Shown piece by piece: positions 36,027 through 43,243 of a DNA stretch of 52,348 bases. The DNA comes from a virus (lineage: Duplodnaviria > Caudoviricetes), in the IMG/VR virus record IMGVR_UViG_3300021197_001620, positions 1 through 52,348 of that record; one strand, written 5' to 3'. The notes under the pieces are model-generated. The model made no database searches and was not told the origin of the DNA. It was given only the letters and a program-made list of their open reading frames with translations. The translations under genes and the position numbers were made by a program. Positions within the stretch are counted from its first letter, which is position 1; the number at the start of each line of letters is the position of its first letter.

Positions 36027-36977
36027 TTAGTTATTTATTCTTCGAAAGACAACCTGCAAGTCATTGAAGTTGAGGTGGCCGGCGTTATCAGCAAATAACA
36101 TTTGTGTGAACTTTATTTTATCAAAGTGTGGCTCAAAGTCAATTATTGCTCTTTTTATGATCTCGCGGTTCATTGGTCTGATGTTTGGGAACTGCAATTG
36201 CATGATTGCATAATTATCCTTGATCAGCTTCTCATTGACTTGAATGTTCTCATGTATCTTAAGTTTCTTTCCAACCATTGTGCAATCTCTAATGATGTCT
36301 GAGATTTCATACTCGTCTTCGCGGACAAGATAAGGGAAACGCTTAGCTATTGTCTTGAGACCTGCACCTTTGATGCCGGGAAGGTTATCAGAGGAATCTC
36401 CAGCGATTGCTCTTGCTAATGCAAAGTTCTTTGGGTGAATGTTGAACTCCTCAACTACTGTTTGTTCGGTAACAATTTTTTTCTGAATTGGTCGGTAAAT
36501 CTGAACGTCCTCTCGGCATAACTGAAAGAAGTCCTTATCGCTTGAAATGATTGTCTTTTTCCAGCCCGTGTATCTCTCATGGTTAATCACGAGAGCGATG
36601 ATGTCATCTGCTTCCGTGAAGTCGGCAACAAGTTGAATTACAGGCATTCCGTTAAGATATTCCATAAGCCTAACTTGCTGATAGCCTTTGTTCGCTTCCT
36701 CTTTGTCTTCTGGTAGATCTATCATTCTTCGATTGAATCTAACCGGTTTTCTTCCACCCTTGTAGTCCTTGTTCATCGAACGGCGTCTCTGAGAGCCGTC
36801 ATGGCCATCCCAAGCCACTATAATCTCGTCAGCGTTAAAATCCCTAGCCACCTTCTGAAGGCTCTTTAGAAAGCCAATGGTGCCTCCTACAGGCCATCCT
36901 TTTTTATCTAATTGTGGGCTTATCACGTAGCTGCGTAGGAACATGTTGAGCGCGTCGATTATTATTACATTTTTCAT
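36027..36977 (-). CDS. 5'-3' exonuclease/flap endonuclease (Pol I N-terminal / T4 RNase H type)
   Basis: IIDA.N, WDG, YK..R, EADD, SSDKDF.Q, GD.SDN.PGI.G.G.KT. Confidence 0.95.
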   Translation of the reverse strand: MKNVIIIDALNMFLRSYVISPQLDKKGWPVGGTIGFLKSLQKVARDFNADEIIVAWDGHDGSQRRRSMNKDYKGGRKPVRFNRRMIDLPEDKEEANKGYQQVRLMEYLNGMPVIQLVADFTEADDIIALVINHERYTGWKKTIISSDKDFFQLCREDVQIYRPIQKKIVTEQTVVEEFNIHPKNFALARAIAGDSSDNLPGIKGAGLKTIAKRFPYLVREDEYEISDIIRDCTMVGKKLKIHENIQVNEKLIKDNYAIMQLQFPNIRPMNREIIKRAIIDFEPHFDKIKFTQMLFADNAGHLNFNDLQVVFRRINN

Positions 36978-37135
36978 TTGTCCTCCAAGACTGTGTATGT
37001 GTGTGTTGATTTTGGGAAATGCATTTTTATGCCATGGCTCCCAATAGCCATAATGAATTTATCTTCAGTTTCTTTCACCAACCTTCCATAGAAGATCTTG
37101 CCGTCGTGTGGACAGCGACATTTTATCAGTTTCAT
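36974..37135 (-). CDS. hypothetical microprotein
   Basis: MKLIKCRC...; ATGA-coupled. Confidence 0.55.
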   Translation of the reverse strand: MKLIKCRCPHDGKIFYGRLVKETEDKFIMAIGSHGIKMHFPKSTHTYTVLEDK

Positions 37136-37383
37136 GAGTTGTCTCCAAAATTGTCGGGACCCCATGTGCTAAAGCAGCCGTCATCACTTACGAGATCATA
37201 AGGCATGTCTCCAATGACATACGACTTGACCCCATATGTGTAATTGGAATCCAAGACAACCTGCAAGTGTAGCGCCAAGGTTTCCGCCATTCTTTCAGCT
37301 TTCTCCCAATTAAGGGCAACGCCTCTAATCTTATCCTCTGCTTCATTCTCTGGTCTAAACCAGACAAGATAAACTCTCTTCAT
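37132..37383 (-). CDS. hypothetical protein
   Basis: MKRVYLV start after GGAGG and promoter. Confidence 0.65.
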   Translation of the reverse strand: MKRVYLVWFRPENEAEDKIRGVALNWEKAERMAETLALHLQVVLDSNYTYGVKSYVIGDMPYDLVSDDGCFSTWGPDNFGDNS

Positions 37384-37404
37384 TTGTCCTCCAATGTTAC
37401 TAGT

Positions 37405-37433
37405 AATATAACACATTCAGAAAGACTTGTCAA
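37405..37433 (-). promoter_or_regulatory. sigma70-type promoter
   Basis: TTGACA-N17-TATATT. Confidence 0.8.
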
Positions 37434-37444
37434 GTAAAAAGCAC

Positions 37445-37475
37445 AAAAAAACCCCAACTCCGAAGAGAAGGGGTT
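37445..37475 (-). terminator. intrinsic terminator after recA
   Basis: AACCCC..CUC-UUCG-GAG..GGGGUU plus U-run. Confidence 0.85.
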
Positions 37476-37494
37476 CGATGAGTAACTTCAGGAT

Positions 37495-38601
37495 TTAACC
37501 TTCTTCGTTCTCGCCTTCGAGGCCAAAGTTCTTACCTTCAACCTCAAACTTTTTGATAATTTCTTCGTCCATGATGTCAAGCACCACAGCTCTGAATTCA
37601 TCGTCTTTCAGCTTTTCTGTCCATTGCGAACGTTGGAATTTAAACTCTTTGCCATCGCGGCTATAAATTTTATTCCATGCTGCACTTTTAAAGCGTTCAG
37701 AGCCTGATGCTCTTAGTGCTTCTAGCCAAGACTCTTCATCTTGAATGCCAACATCTTTGCCCCACAGGATCTTAAAGCCACATGTGCGACCTTCCGAACC
37801 AAATCGGGACTTCTCAACTTTAACTTTGACTTCGGAACCAATGCGAAGACCTGTTCCATCTGTGACAAACGATGCCTTTGCTTTACGCTTTGTGAGCCAA
37901 ATGCGAAGAGAACAAAAGTATTCAATTGCTTTTCCGCCGGGAGCGACAAGTGGTGTCGTCATAGCTTCTGCGACATTTGAAGTAATGTTCGTCTTAAGTT
38001 GATTAATAAGCAATAGAGTGCATTGCTGATTGGCCAATGGTATTGTAAGCTTTGGGAAAGCTTTTGCGAAGATGCGGGGCTTCACAGCCATTGACGATTG
38101 AGGATTGAAGTCACCTTCAAGGTCTTTCTCTGAAGATGTCGCTGCGATGGAATCCCAGATAAACAAAAACTGCGTTTCTGGATATTGAGTCATGAGATCC
38201 TCAATTGTCTCCAAGGTCTTTTCAACTGAGACTGCTTGAATGTACAAGAAGTCATTATTGATGTCTATCCCTGAGTTCTCAAGAAAGTTTGGATCAATTG
38301 CCGACTCTGCATCGAAGTAAACAACGCAATGTCCTTTCTCTTGTGCCTTCGCAGCTATTTGACAAGCCATATAAGACTTACCAGCCGAAGATAGACCAGC
38401 AAGTTCGGTAATTTTTCCAACGGGGATGCCCGCCATCTTACCTCGACAAGTGATAGAATCCAACCAGCGTGAGCCAGTTGGAATCCACTCTTTAACTTCG
38501 GTAGGATTATCTTCATTTAAATCATGAGCGATGTCCAAGCCAACTTTTTTGTTGACGAACTTCTTCATGGCGTTGATGTCGATCTTTCCTGCTTTAGTCA
38601 T
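37495..38601 (-). CDS. recA: RecA/UvsX recombinase
   Basis: IPTGS..LD, GLSSAGKS, DAE, WDSIA, INQL, PGGKA, K.R. Confidence 0.95.
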   Translation of the reverse strand: MTKAGKIDINAMKKFVNKKVGLDIAHDLNEDNPTEVKEWIPTGSRWLDSITCRGKMAGIPVGKITELAGLSSAGKSYMACQIAAKAQEKGHCVVYFDAESAIDPNFLENSGIDINNDFLYIQAVSVEKTLETIEDLMTQYPETQFLFIWDSIAATSSEKDLEGDFNPQSSMAVKPRIFAKAFPKLTIPLANQQCTLLLINQLKTNITSNVAEAMTTPLVAPGGKAIEYFCSLRIWLTKRKAKASFVTDGTGLRIGSEVKVKVEKSRFGSEGRTCGFKILWGKDVGIQDEESWLEALRASGSERFKSAAWNKIYSRDGKEFKFQRSQWTEKLKDDEFRAVVLDIMDEEIIKKFEVEGKNFGLEGENEEG

Positions 38602-38781
38602 CTACTCCTCCTCGGAAGTCGCTGTATCTTCAGCTTCCTCTTCGGTTCCAGTATCTTCAACTTCTTCTGAAGCTGTATCTTCTGTGGTTTCTTCAACCAC
38701 TTCTTCTGAAGGTTCAGTCAAAGCTGAATCTTCTTCTTTCTCTCCGCAAGCGAAGAATAGTGTCATTAATAATGTAGTCAT
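38602..38781 (-). CDS. acidic lipoprotein (59 aa, not in ORF track)
   Basis: MTTLLMTLFFA-CGEKEEDSA... lipobox-like site, then an E/D/T-rich tail. Confidence 0.7.
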   Translation of the reverse strand: MTTLLMTLFFACGEKEEDSALTEPSEEVVEETTEDTASEEVEDTGTEEEAEDTATSEEE

Positions 38782-38783
38782 AA

Positions 38784-39389
38784 CTACTCCTGTAAGTTTA
38801 TATCTAGTTTTATGTTGATTTCAAGTTTTGGCATGCCGATGTGGTCAGCAAGTCCAAGACGCATTGCTTCATCGCAATCAACAAACAAATCTGCACGTCC
38901 TTTCTTGTTCAGCTTCTTTTCAAACCATGCTTCGCTCTTCTTCGAATTATCTGCGAGGATCTCGTAGATTCTGTCGTTTAAGCGTTGAGTTTCTTCGGCT
39001 GAAGCTTGGATCTCGGAGTTTTTACCCCAAGAACCACTGCTAACATCATGGATCATCAGAGTTGCATCTTCTGTGATGTAGCGATAGCCTTTTGTGCCAC
39101 AAGAGAAGAGGATGACTCCGCAACTCATGGCTTTTCCTTCAACAATTGTCGCAATAGGCAATTCAGAATTTCTAATCGAAGCAAGCATGCTCATTAGAGA
39201 GTAGACTTGACCTCCATAAGAGTCGATTATAACCGGTATAACTGATTGACCTGTATTATGTGCCTGTGCAACTTTGTTAGCAAAATCTTTTGCCGAGTTT
39301 TCATCGAATTTGTTGACACGAATAATCACAGGATTATTTCGCAATTCGACGTTTTTGATATTACTATCAACTTTTGTTTTCCACAACAT
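38784..39389 (-). CDS. clpP: second ClpP-family protease
   Basis: DSYGG, GKAMSCG, MIHD, D......EA..LGLAD. Confidence 0.9.
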   Translation of the reverse strand: MLWKTKVDSNIKNVELRNNPVIIRVNKFDENSAKDFANKVAQAHNTGQSVIPVIIDSYGGQVYSLMSMLASIRNSELPIATIVEGKAMSCGVILFSCGTKGYRYITEDATLMIHDVSSGSWGKNSEIQASAEETQRLNDRIYEILADNSKKSEAWFEKKLNKKGRADLFVDCDEAMRLGLADHIGMPKLEINIKLDINLQE

Positions 39390-39404
39390 AGTTCCTCCTC
39401 TAAA

Positions 39405-39442
39405 TAAAAAAGGGCCGTTTTTTTAAACATGGGATAACGGCC
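39405..39442 (-). terminator. intrinsic terminator after ssb
   Basis: GGCCGUU...AACGGCC plus U-run. Confidence 0.7.
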
Positions 39443-39472
39443 AAACCCTAACAACACAGGAGGTTCTACGAC

Positions 39473-40246
39473 TTATTCGTCATTCATGAACGCTGCGAAA
39501 GCTTGATCTACACTTGCACCTGTTTGAGGCTTGCCTCGTTGAGTCTCTGAAGAAGAGGCTTCTGCCGAAGAGTCGGAGGACAGGTAACCATCCAGCAGAG
39601 CCTGAACATCTTCTGTAGACTTCTTTTCGAACAAGTTGTCAATCACTGGGACAGAGTCAACAAGATCCTGACAGTCAGCAATCGCATCGTCACAGAGGAC
39701 AGAAGGACGACGTCGTGGCTGCAAGGCTGTCTTAGGGAATGCTCCAGGTCCAGTTGCAAGAGTGTAAGTCAACTTGATGTCTGTTCCTGTTTGAACATCC
39801 GTGATATCTCCATAGTCAGGATCTAACACATAGCCCAGTAATGTTTCGTAAGCAGTCTTACCATAAGCCCAGATTTTTACACCTTGAGACTCATTGCCGC
39901 GAACTAACACAGGTGAGTAGTATCGCTTTCGAGCGAACAATTTTTTTGCTTCGTTTTTGAGGTTTTGATCGTCAGTTTCAGTTCCTTCTCGCCAAAGCTT
40001 TGATGCGAAGTCACAGATGGGGCATTCGCCACCATCATTTCGCTTGTTGCAGTAAATTCCAGGATTCTTCCCTACATTGTAGTGAAAATGGAACTCACGG
40101 AACGGGTCGCCATCTGCGGTTGGCAAAATTCGGATGTTCTGGTCACCAGCTTGTGGTTTCCACATCGTAGAATTTCTTCCCGTGTTCTTCTTTCCGTTTT
40201 TTGATTGGTCGAGCTTCGCTCGCATTGCATCTAAATTAATAGCCAT
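39473..40246 (-). CDS. T4 gp32-type single-stranded DNA-binding protein
   Basis: WKP..G...IRILP, Zn ligands H/C..CPIC, DI.D...G.D, acidic C-terminus. Confidence 0.88.
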   Translation of the reverse strand: MAINLDAMRAKLDQSKNGKKNTGRNSTMWKPQAGDQNIRILPTADGDPFREFHFHYNVGKNPGIYCNKRNDGGECPICDFASKLWREGTETDDQNLKNEAKKLFARKRYYSPVLVRGNESQGVKIWAYGKTAYETLLGYVLDPDYGDITDVQTGTDIKLTYTLATGPGAFPKTALQPRRRPSVLCDDAIADCQDLVDSVPVIDNLFEKKSTEDVQALLDGYLSSDSSAEASSSETQRGKPQTGASVDQAFAAFMNDE

Positions 40247-40289
40247 AATATACTCCTAAAGTTGGTTATTTTTTTGTGTGTTATCACTA

Positions 40290-40325
40290 AGGTAGGCAGG
40301 CTATTTTTTCATCCCGCCCCCGATG
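40290..40325 (-). promoter_or_regulatory. structured ssb leader (predicted pseudoknot)
   Basis: CAUC/GAUG stem whose loop GGGCGG can pair with downstream CUGCCU. Confidence 0.5.
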
Positions 40326-40347
40326 TAATTCGTTTTTGTTATACTGT

Positions 40348-40376
40348 ATTATAACATATTCAAAATGGTTTGTCAA
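40348..40376 (-). promoter_or_regulatory. sigma70-type promoter (ssb)
   Basis: TTGACA-N17-TATAAT. Confidence 0.88.
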
Positions 40377-40464
40377 GTAAATTTGTAAAGTTTTTTAAAT
40401 AAAGTTTAAATCTCAAAAAAGTGTCGAAAAAAAATTTTACCGATTTTGCGTTTTGAGAATTTAA

Positions 40465-40548
40465 TGCTCGAGTAGGGATTTGAACCCTACAATTCTAACG
40501 TTATAGAGTGCCTGCCCACGTTAGTTATCTGCAACCGTACAGCCGAGC
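40465..40548 (-). ncRNA. tRNA-like RNA with enlarged anticodon arm
   Basis: Acceptor GCUCGG/UCGAGC plus A; T-arm UAGGG-UUCAAAU-CCCUA; stem CUAACGU/ACGUUAG closing 16 nt. Confidence 0.7.
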
Positions 40549-40581
40549 AAAAAAGTGCGACCTTTTGGGAGGTAGTCGCAA
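40549..40581 (-). terminator. terminator-like hairpin between the WYL-like gene and the tRNA-like RNA
   Basis: UGCGAC...GUCGCA plus CUUUUUU. Confidence 0.6.
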
Positions 40582-40595
40582 ACCTTAACGGAGTA

Positions 40596-40859
40596 TTAGA
40601 ACAGTTCTACAGCTACACTCTTAGTTGAAGTGTTTATGCTTCCAATTACAGTGTTGTTGTTGAACGTGCGATATTGTTGACGATCGATATCCCATACAGT
40701 TTCATAACCAGGCTGTAAATTGCGTTCCCGTAAGTTCAAAGGGAATGTTCCGCTTGGTGCTTCGGATGGACGAACAAAATTAATGTTTCGTTGGTCCCCG
40801 CGCTTGGTTACAAACGTTGCGTTGTGTACAGTCATTGATTGTTGATTAGTGTTACTCAT
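40596..40859 (-). CDS. WYL_2/Sm-like SH3 beta-barrel protein
   Basis: F.TK.G..R.I ... VWDID...YRTFN. Confidence 0.7.
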   Translation of the reverse strand: MSNTNQQSMTVHNATFVTKRGDQRNINFVRPSEAPSGTFPLNLRERNLQPGYETVWDIDRQQYRTFNNNTVIGSINTSTKSVAVELF

Positions 40860-40898
40860 AAAACCTCCTTAAATGTTTTGAGTTATTGTATTGATTAT

Positions 40899-40927
40899 AA
40901 TATAACATAGTTTTGATACCTTGTCAA
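40899..40927 (-). promoter_or_regulatory. sigma70-type promoter
   Basis: TTGACA-N17-TATATT. Confidence 0.8.
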
Positions 40928-40946
40928 GTATTTTTTTAAAGTTTTT

Positions 40947-41024
40947 TCAATAATCTCCGAAATGCTTTAGCCAGAGCCAAGTAAATGCAGTGATTGAGAT
41001 TACTATTCCTAAAATTGAAATCAT
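40947..41024 (-). CDS. 25-aa single-TM microprotein (not in ORF track)
   Basis: MISILGIVISITAFTWLWLKHFGDY*; GAGG SD; own promoter. Confidence 0.6.
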   Translation of the reverse strand: MISILGIVISITAFTWLWLKHFGDY

Positions 41025-41052
41025 TGTGTTATTCCTCTTTCGTTATGTTAAT

Positions 41053-41081
41053 AATATAACATGTTTTGAGAAGCTTGTCAA
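41053..41081 (-). promoter_or_regulatory. sigma70-type promoter
   Basis: TTGACA-N17-TATATT. Confidence 0.8.
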
Positions 41082-41572
41082 GTCAAATCACAAACTTTTT
41101 TTAAGAAAATTGATTCTTCTCGAATTTGTTCGAGTCTTTGGAGATAAAAGTCGTTTTCAACATGACCTTCCATCTTCCCTAGTTGCAACCACTTCATTTG
41201 CTCTGCGGTGTAGTGAGCCAGTTCGTTTTCTGTGTCGAAAAGATATTCTGAATAATCCATACCTTCTTTGATTGCCTTTTCGTATTGTGGCCACAGTTCG
41301 ATTGCTGTCTTATATGTTTGGCGGTAATGTCTTGCGTCTTCTAAAAGATTTTCTTCTGATAGTTGGACATAAACTCTTGGTGATCCAAACTTTTCTTTTG
41401 TCTGCAACACTGTTATTTGTGATAGTGGCATGTATTCACCGGTAAACGGATTTGTTCTCGGACCAACAAGGGCATAGCCGATCCAATCTGCTATCAAGCT
41501 TATCTGCTTGAAATAGTCTTTGTGTTCTTCGTTCTCGTTTCCCCAAAACGAATAGTAGATCTGTTCAGTCAC
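41078..41572 (-). CDS. hypothetical phage protein
   Basis: Q.KEKFG..R.Y motif typical of a common phage family. Confidence 0.7.
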   Translation of the reverse strand: MTEQIYYSFWGNENEEHKDYFKQISLIADWIGYALVGPRTNPFTGEYMPLSQITVLQTKEKFGSPRVYVQLSEENLLEDARHYRQTYKTAIELWPQYEKAIKEGMDYSEYLFDTENELAHYTAEQMKWLQLGKMEGHVENDFYLQRLEQIREESIFLKKVCDLT

Positions 41573-41735
41573 TCATCCTCCATTGATCTTTGAGATAGAT
41601 AATCTCATTTAATTTTTTTTTTACTTTTTCTCCGGTAACAAAAGTAATTGTTACTTCGGAGTTTCTTATTCTGATTATTTGACCTGTCAACTTTCTTTCG
41701 TTGCACCAAATCAAATCCATTAACTTAATCTTCAT
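41565..41735 (-). CDS. KOW/SH3-like microprotein (56 aa, not in ORF track)
   Basis: MKIKLMDLI...TGQII....VTITFVTG. Confidence 0.5.
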   Translation of the reverse strand: MKIKLMDLIWCNERKLTGQIIRIRNSEVTITFVTGEKVKKKLNEIIYLKDQWRMSD

Positions 41736-41916
41736 TGTTCTTCGTTGCCTCTAAGTAATCTTTAAGAGTCACGATGTATTGTGCTACCTCAAAAAGCTTT
41801 GAGCATGCATAGTTTTGCTCTTTTTCAGTTCCTTCTCCAGATGCTAGCACATCAATGATCTTTCTTTCGATCTCAATCATTTTCTTGAGTTCCTTTTTCA
41901 CTTCGCTTCTTTTCAT
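41725..41916 (-). CDS. hypothetical helical protein
   Basis: GGAGG SD. Confidence 0.65.
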   Translation of the reverse strand: MKRSEVKKELKKMIEIERKIIDVLASGEGTEKEQNYACSKLFEVAQYIVTLKDYLEATKNNED

Positions 41917-42035
41917 TTATATAAACCTCCAATTCATCGGCAAGGACCTTACTGCAAGCCCATGGCGTTCCTCTAATAATTAGGATGGAAACACCGTGGA
42001 CCTCATCTATTTTTTCGATTTTGTCGATGTTGTAG

Positions 42036-42860
42036 CTACTGATCAGTTTGTCCAGTCTCTTGGATGATGTGGGTGTAGTGCTTTGTGATGTAGAAATTCG
42101 GATCAGAGGATCTCCAGATGGCGAAGGACGACTCTCGTTCCTTAGCGATGTTCTCTCGAACAATCTGTTGACAAGTTGGTAAAATTGTTTCATCATTGTC
42201 TAAGTCCTCCTCTTCTATATTCATATAATAACATGTTTCTGTTATGTTGTCAAGTGGAAAAAGCAACTTTTCTTTTGCGTCTTGCAACTTTGCAACGCCA
42301 ATTGTTGAGATTCTCGAAATTTCTTTTGGGTTGTGCAGATTTCCAAAATCTGATTTTACATTTTTGCAATAATTTAGATTTTGAAGCGTCGAGTAGATGA
42401 AGTAATTTACTTTCTCATAGTAATTTGCGATTGGACCTGCACCGTTCATGCTCAACAGTGTCTTGTTATCAAAGACTGTCAGCTCTTTTATCTTTCCAGA
42501 CCTTGCATATTCCTGCAGGACGTGAAAGTGTACTCGGTGTCTCATCTTTTCCTCTCTCGAAGAAAACTCGAGATCAGGAACAATGTAGATGACGCTCATT
42601 TGATGGTCAGGAAATGCCTCTAGGACTCTTAGAGAGGCTCCAGCTACCTTACCAGACCCACAAAGAAACAAAATGCCTTCAGTGTGAGATTTGAGGCCCC
42701 TAGAGGTAACCTTGATTGGATGCTCATCATACTCTTCAACAGATTGCTTTGCATCAATACCTTCGTTTTCGTCAAAAATTATTACTTTATAGTTCTTGCT
42801 GTGTGGCTTGAATAATTTGACGATGTTTTTTCCTGCTTCTCCTAGTCCTACTAGAATCAT
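42036..42860 (-). CDS. tubulin/FtsZ-like (PhuZ/TubZ-like) protein, divergent
   Basis: GLGEAG.NI (T1 loop), degenerate CGSGKVAG (T4 loop), I.P...., FDN, N..I. Confidence 0.72.
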   Translation of the reverse strand: MILVGLGEAGKNIVKLFKPHSKNYKVIIFDENEGIDAKQSVEEYDEHPIKVTSRGLKSHTEGILFLCGSGKVAGASLRVLEAFPDHQMSVIYIVPDLEFSSREEKMRHRVHFHVLQEYARSGKIKELTVFDNKTLLSMNGAGPIANYYEKVNYFIYSTLQNLNYCKNVKSDFGNLHNPKEISRISTIGVAKLQDAKEKLLFPLDNITETCYYMNIEEEDLDNDETILPTCQQIVRENIAKERESSFAIWRSSDPNFYITKHYTHIIQETGQTDQ

Positions 42861-42861
42861 T

Positions 42862-43068
42862 TTAATCTCCTATTTTTGTTGCGTATAATAACGGAATGGT
42901 GACATTTTTTTCTGAGGTGAACACGAAAACTCTCATGGAGGGTAGACTTATATTATTAGGATAAGGGAACACCTCTAAAACGATTGCGAGGTCTCCATTT
43001 TTGTATCCAAACAGCGATCTCTCATCCCATGGACTCTTTGCAATTGTTATTAGATCACCCTTCTTCAC
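42862..43068 (-). CDS. KOW/SH3-like microprotein
   Basis: MKKGDLI...GDLAIV. Confidence 0.65.
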   Translation of the reverse strand: MKKGDLITIAKSPWDERSLFGYKNGDLAIVLEVFPYPNNISLPSMRVFVFTSEKNVTIPLLYATKIGD

Positions 43069-43243
43069 TTATCTTCCTCACTTCGCTCGGCCAAAAGGGG
43101 ACTTCTGCACCGTCGCTCATCATGACCCAGTAAATGACATAGGTAATTCCAACTTTCTCAATCTTCACGACCAAACCAACGTCTCCATTGTCGTATCCTG
43201 ATGTTTGTGGTCCAACTAGAGTCACCAAGTCGCCTGCTACCAT
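43055..43243 (-). CDS. KOW/SH3-like microprotein
   Basis: MVAGDLV...GDVGLV....YWV.MSDG. Confidence 0.7.
   Translation of the reverse strand: MVAGDLVTLVGPQTSGYDNGDVGLVVKIEKVGITYVIYWVMMSDGAEVPFWPSEVRKISEEG

Noticed and set aside
40411-40458. Inverted repeat TCTCAAAA...TTTTGAGA as a separate element
   Set aside because: Short and AT-rich; could be a weak terminator or chance, so not called
40465-40548. Ordinary or selenocysteine tRNA
   Set aside because: No 7-nt anticodon loop, no long variable arm, and no UCA anticodon
42036-42860. Evidence for a nucleus-forming phage
   Set aside because: No chimallin or phage multisubunit RNAP recognised here, and transcription appears to depend on host sigma70
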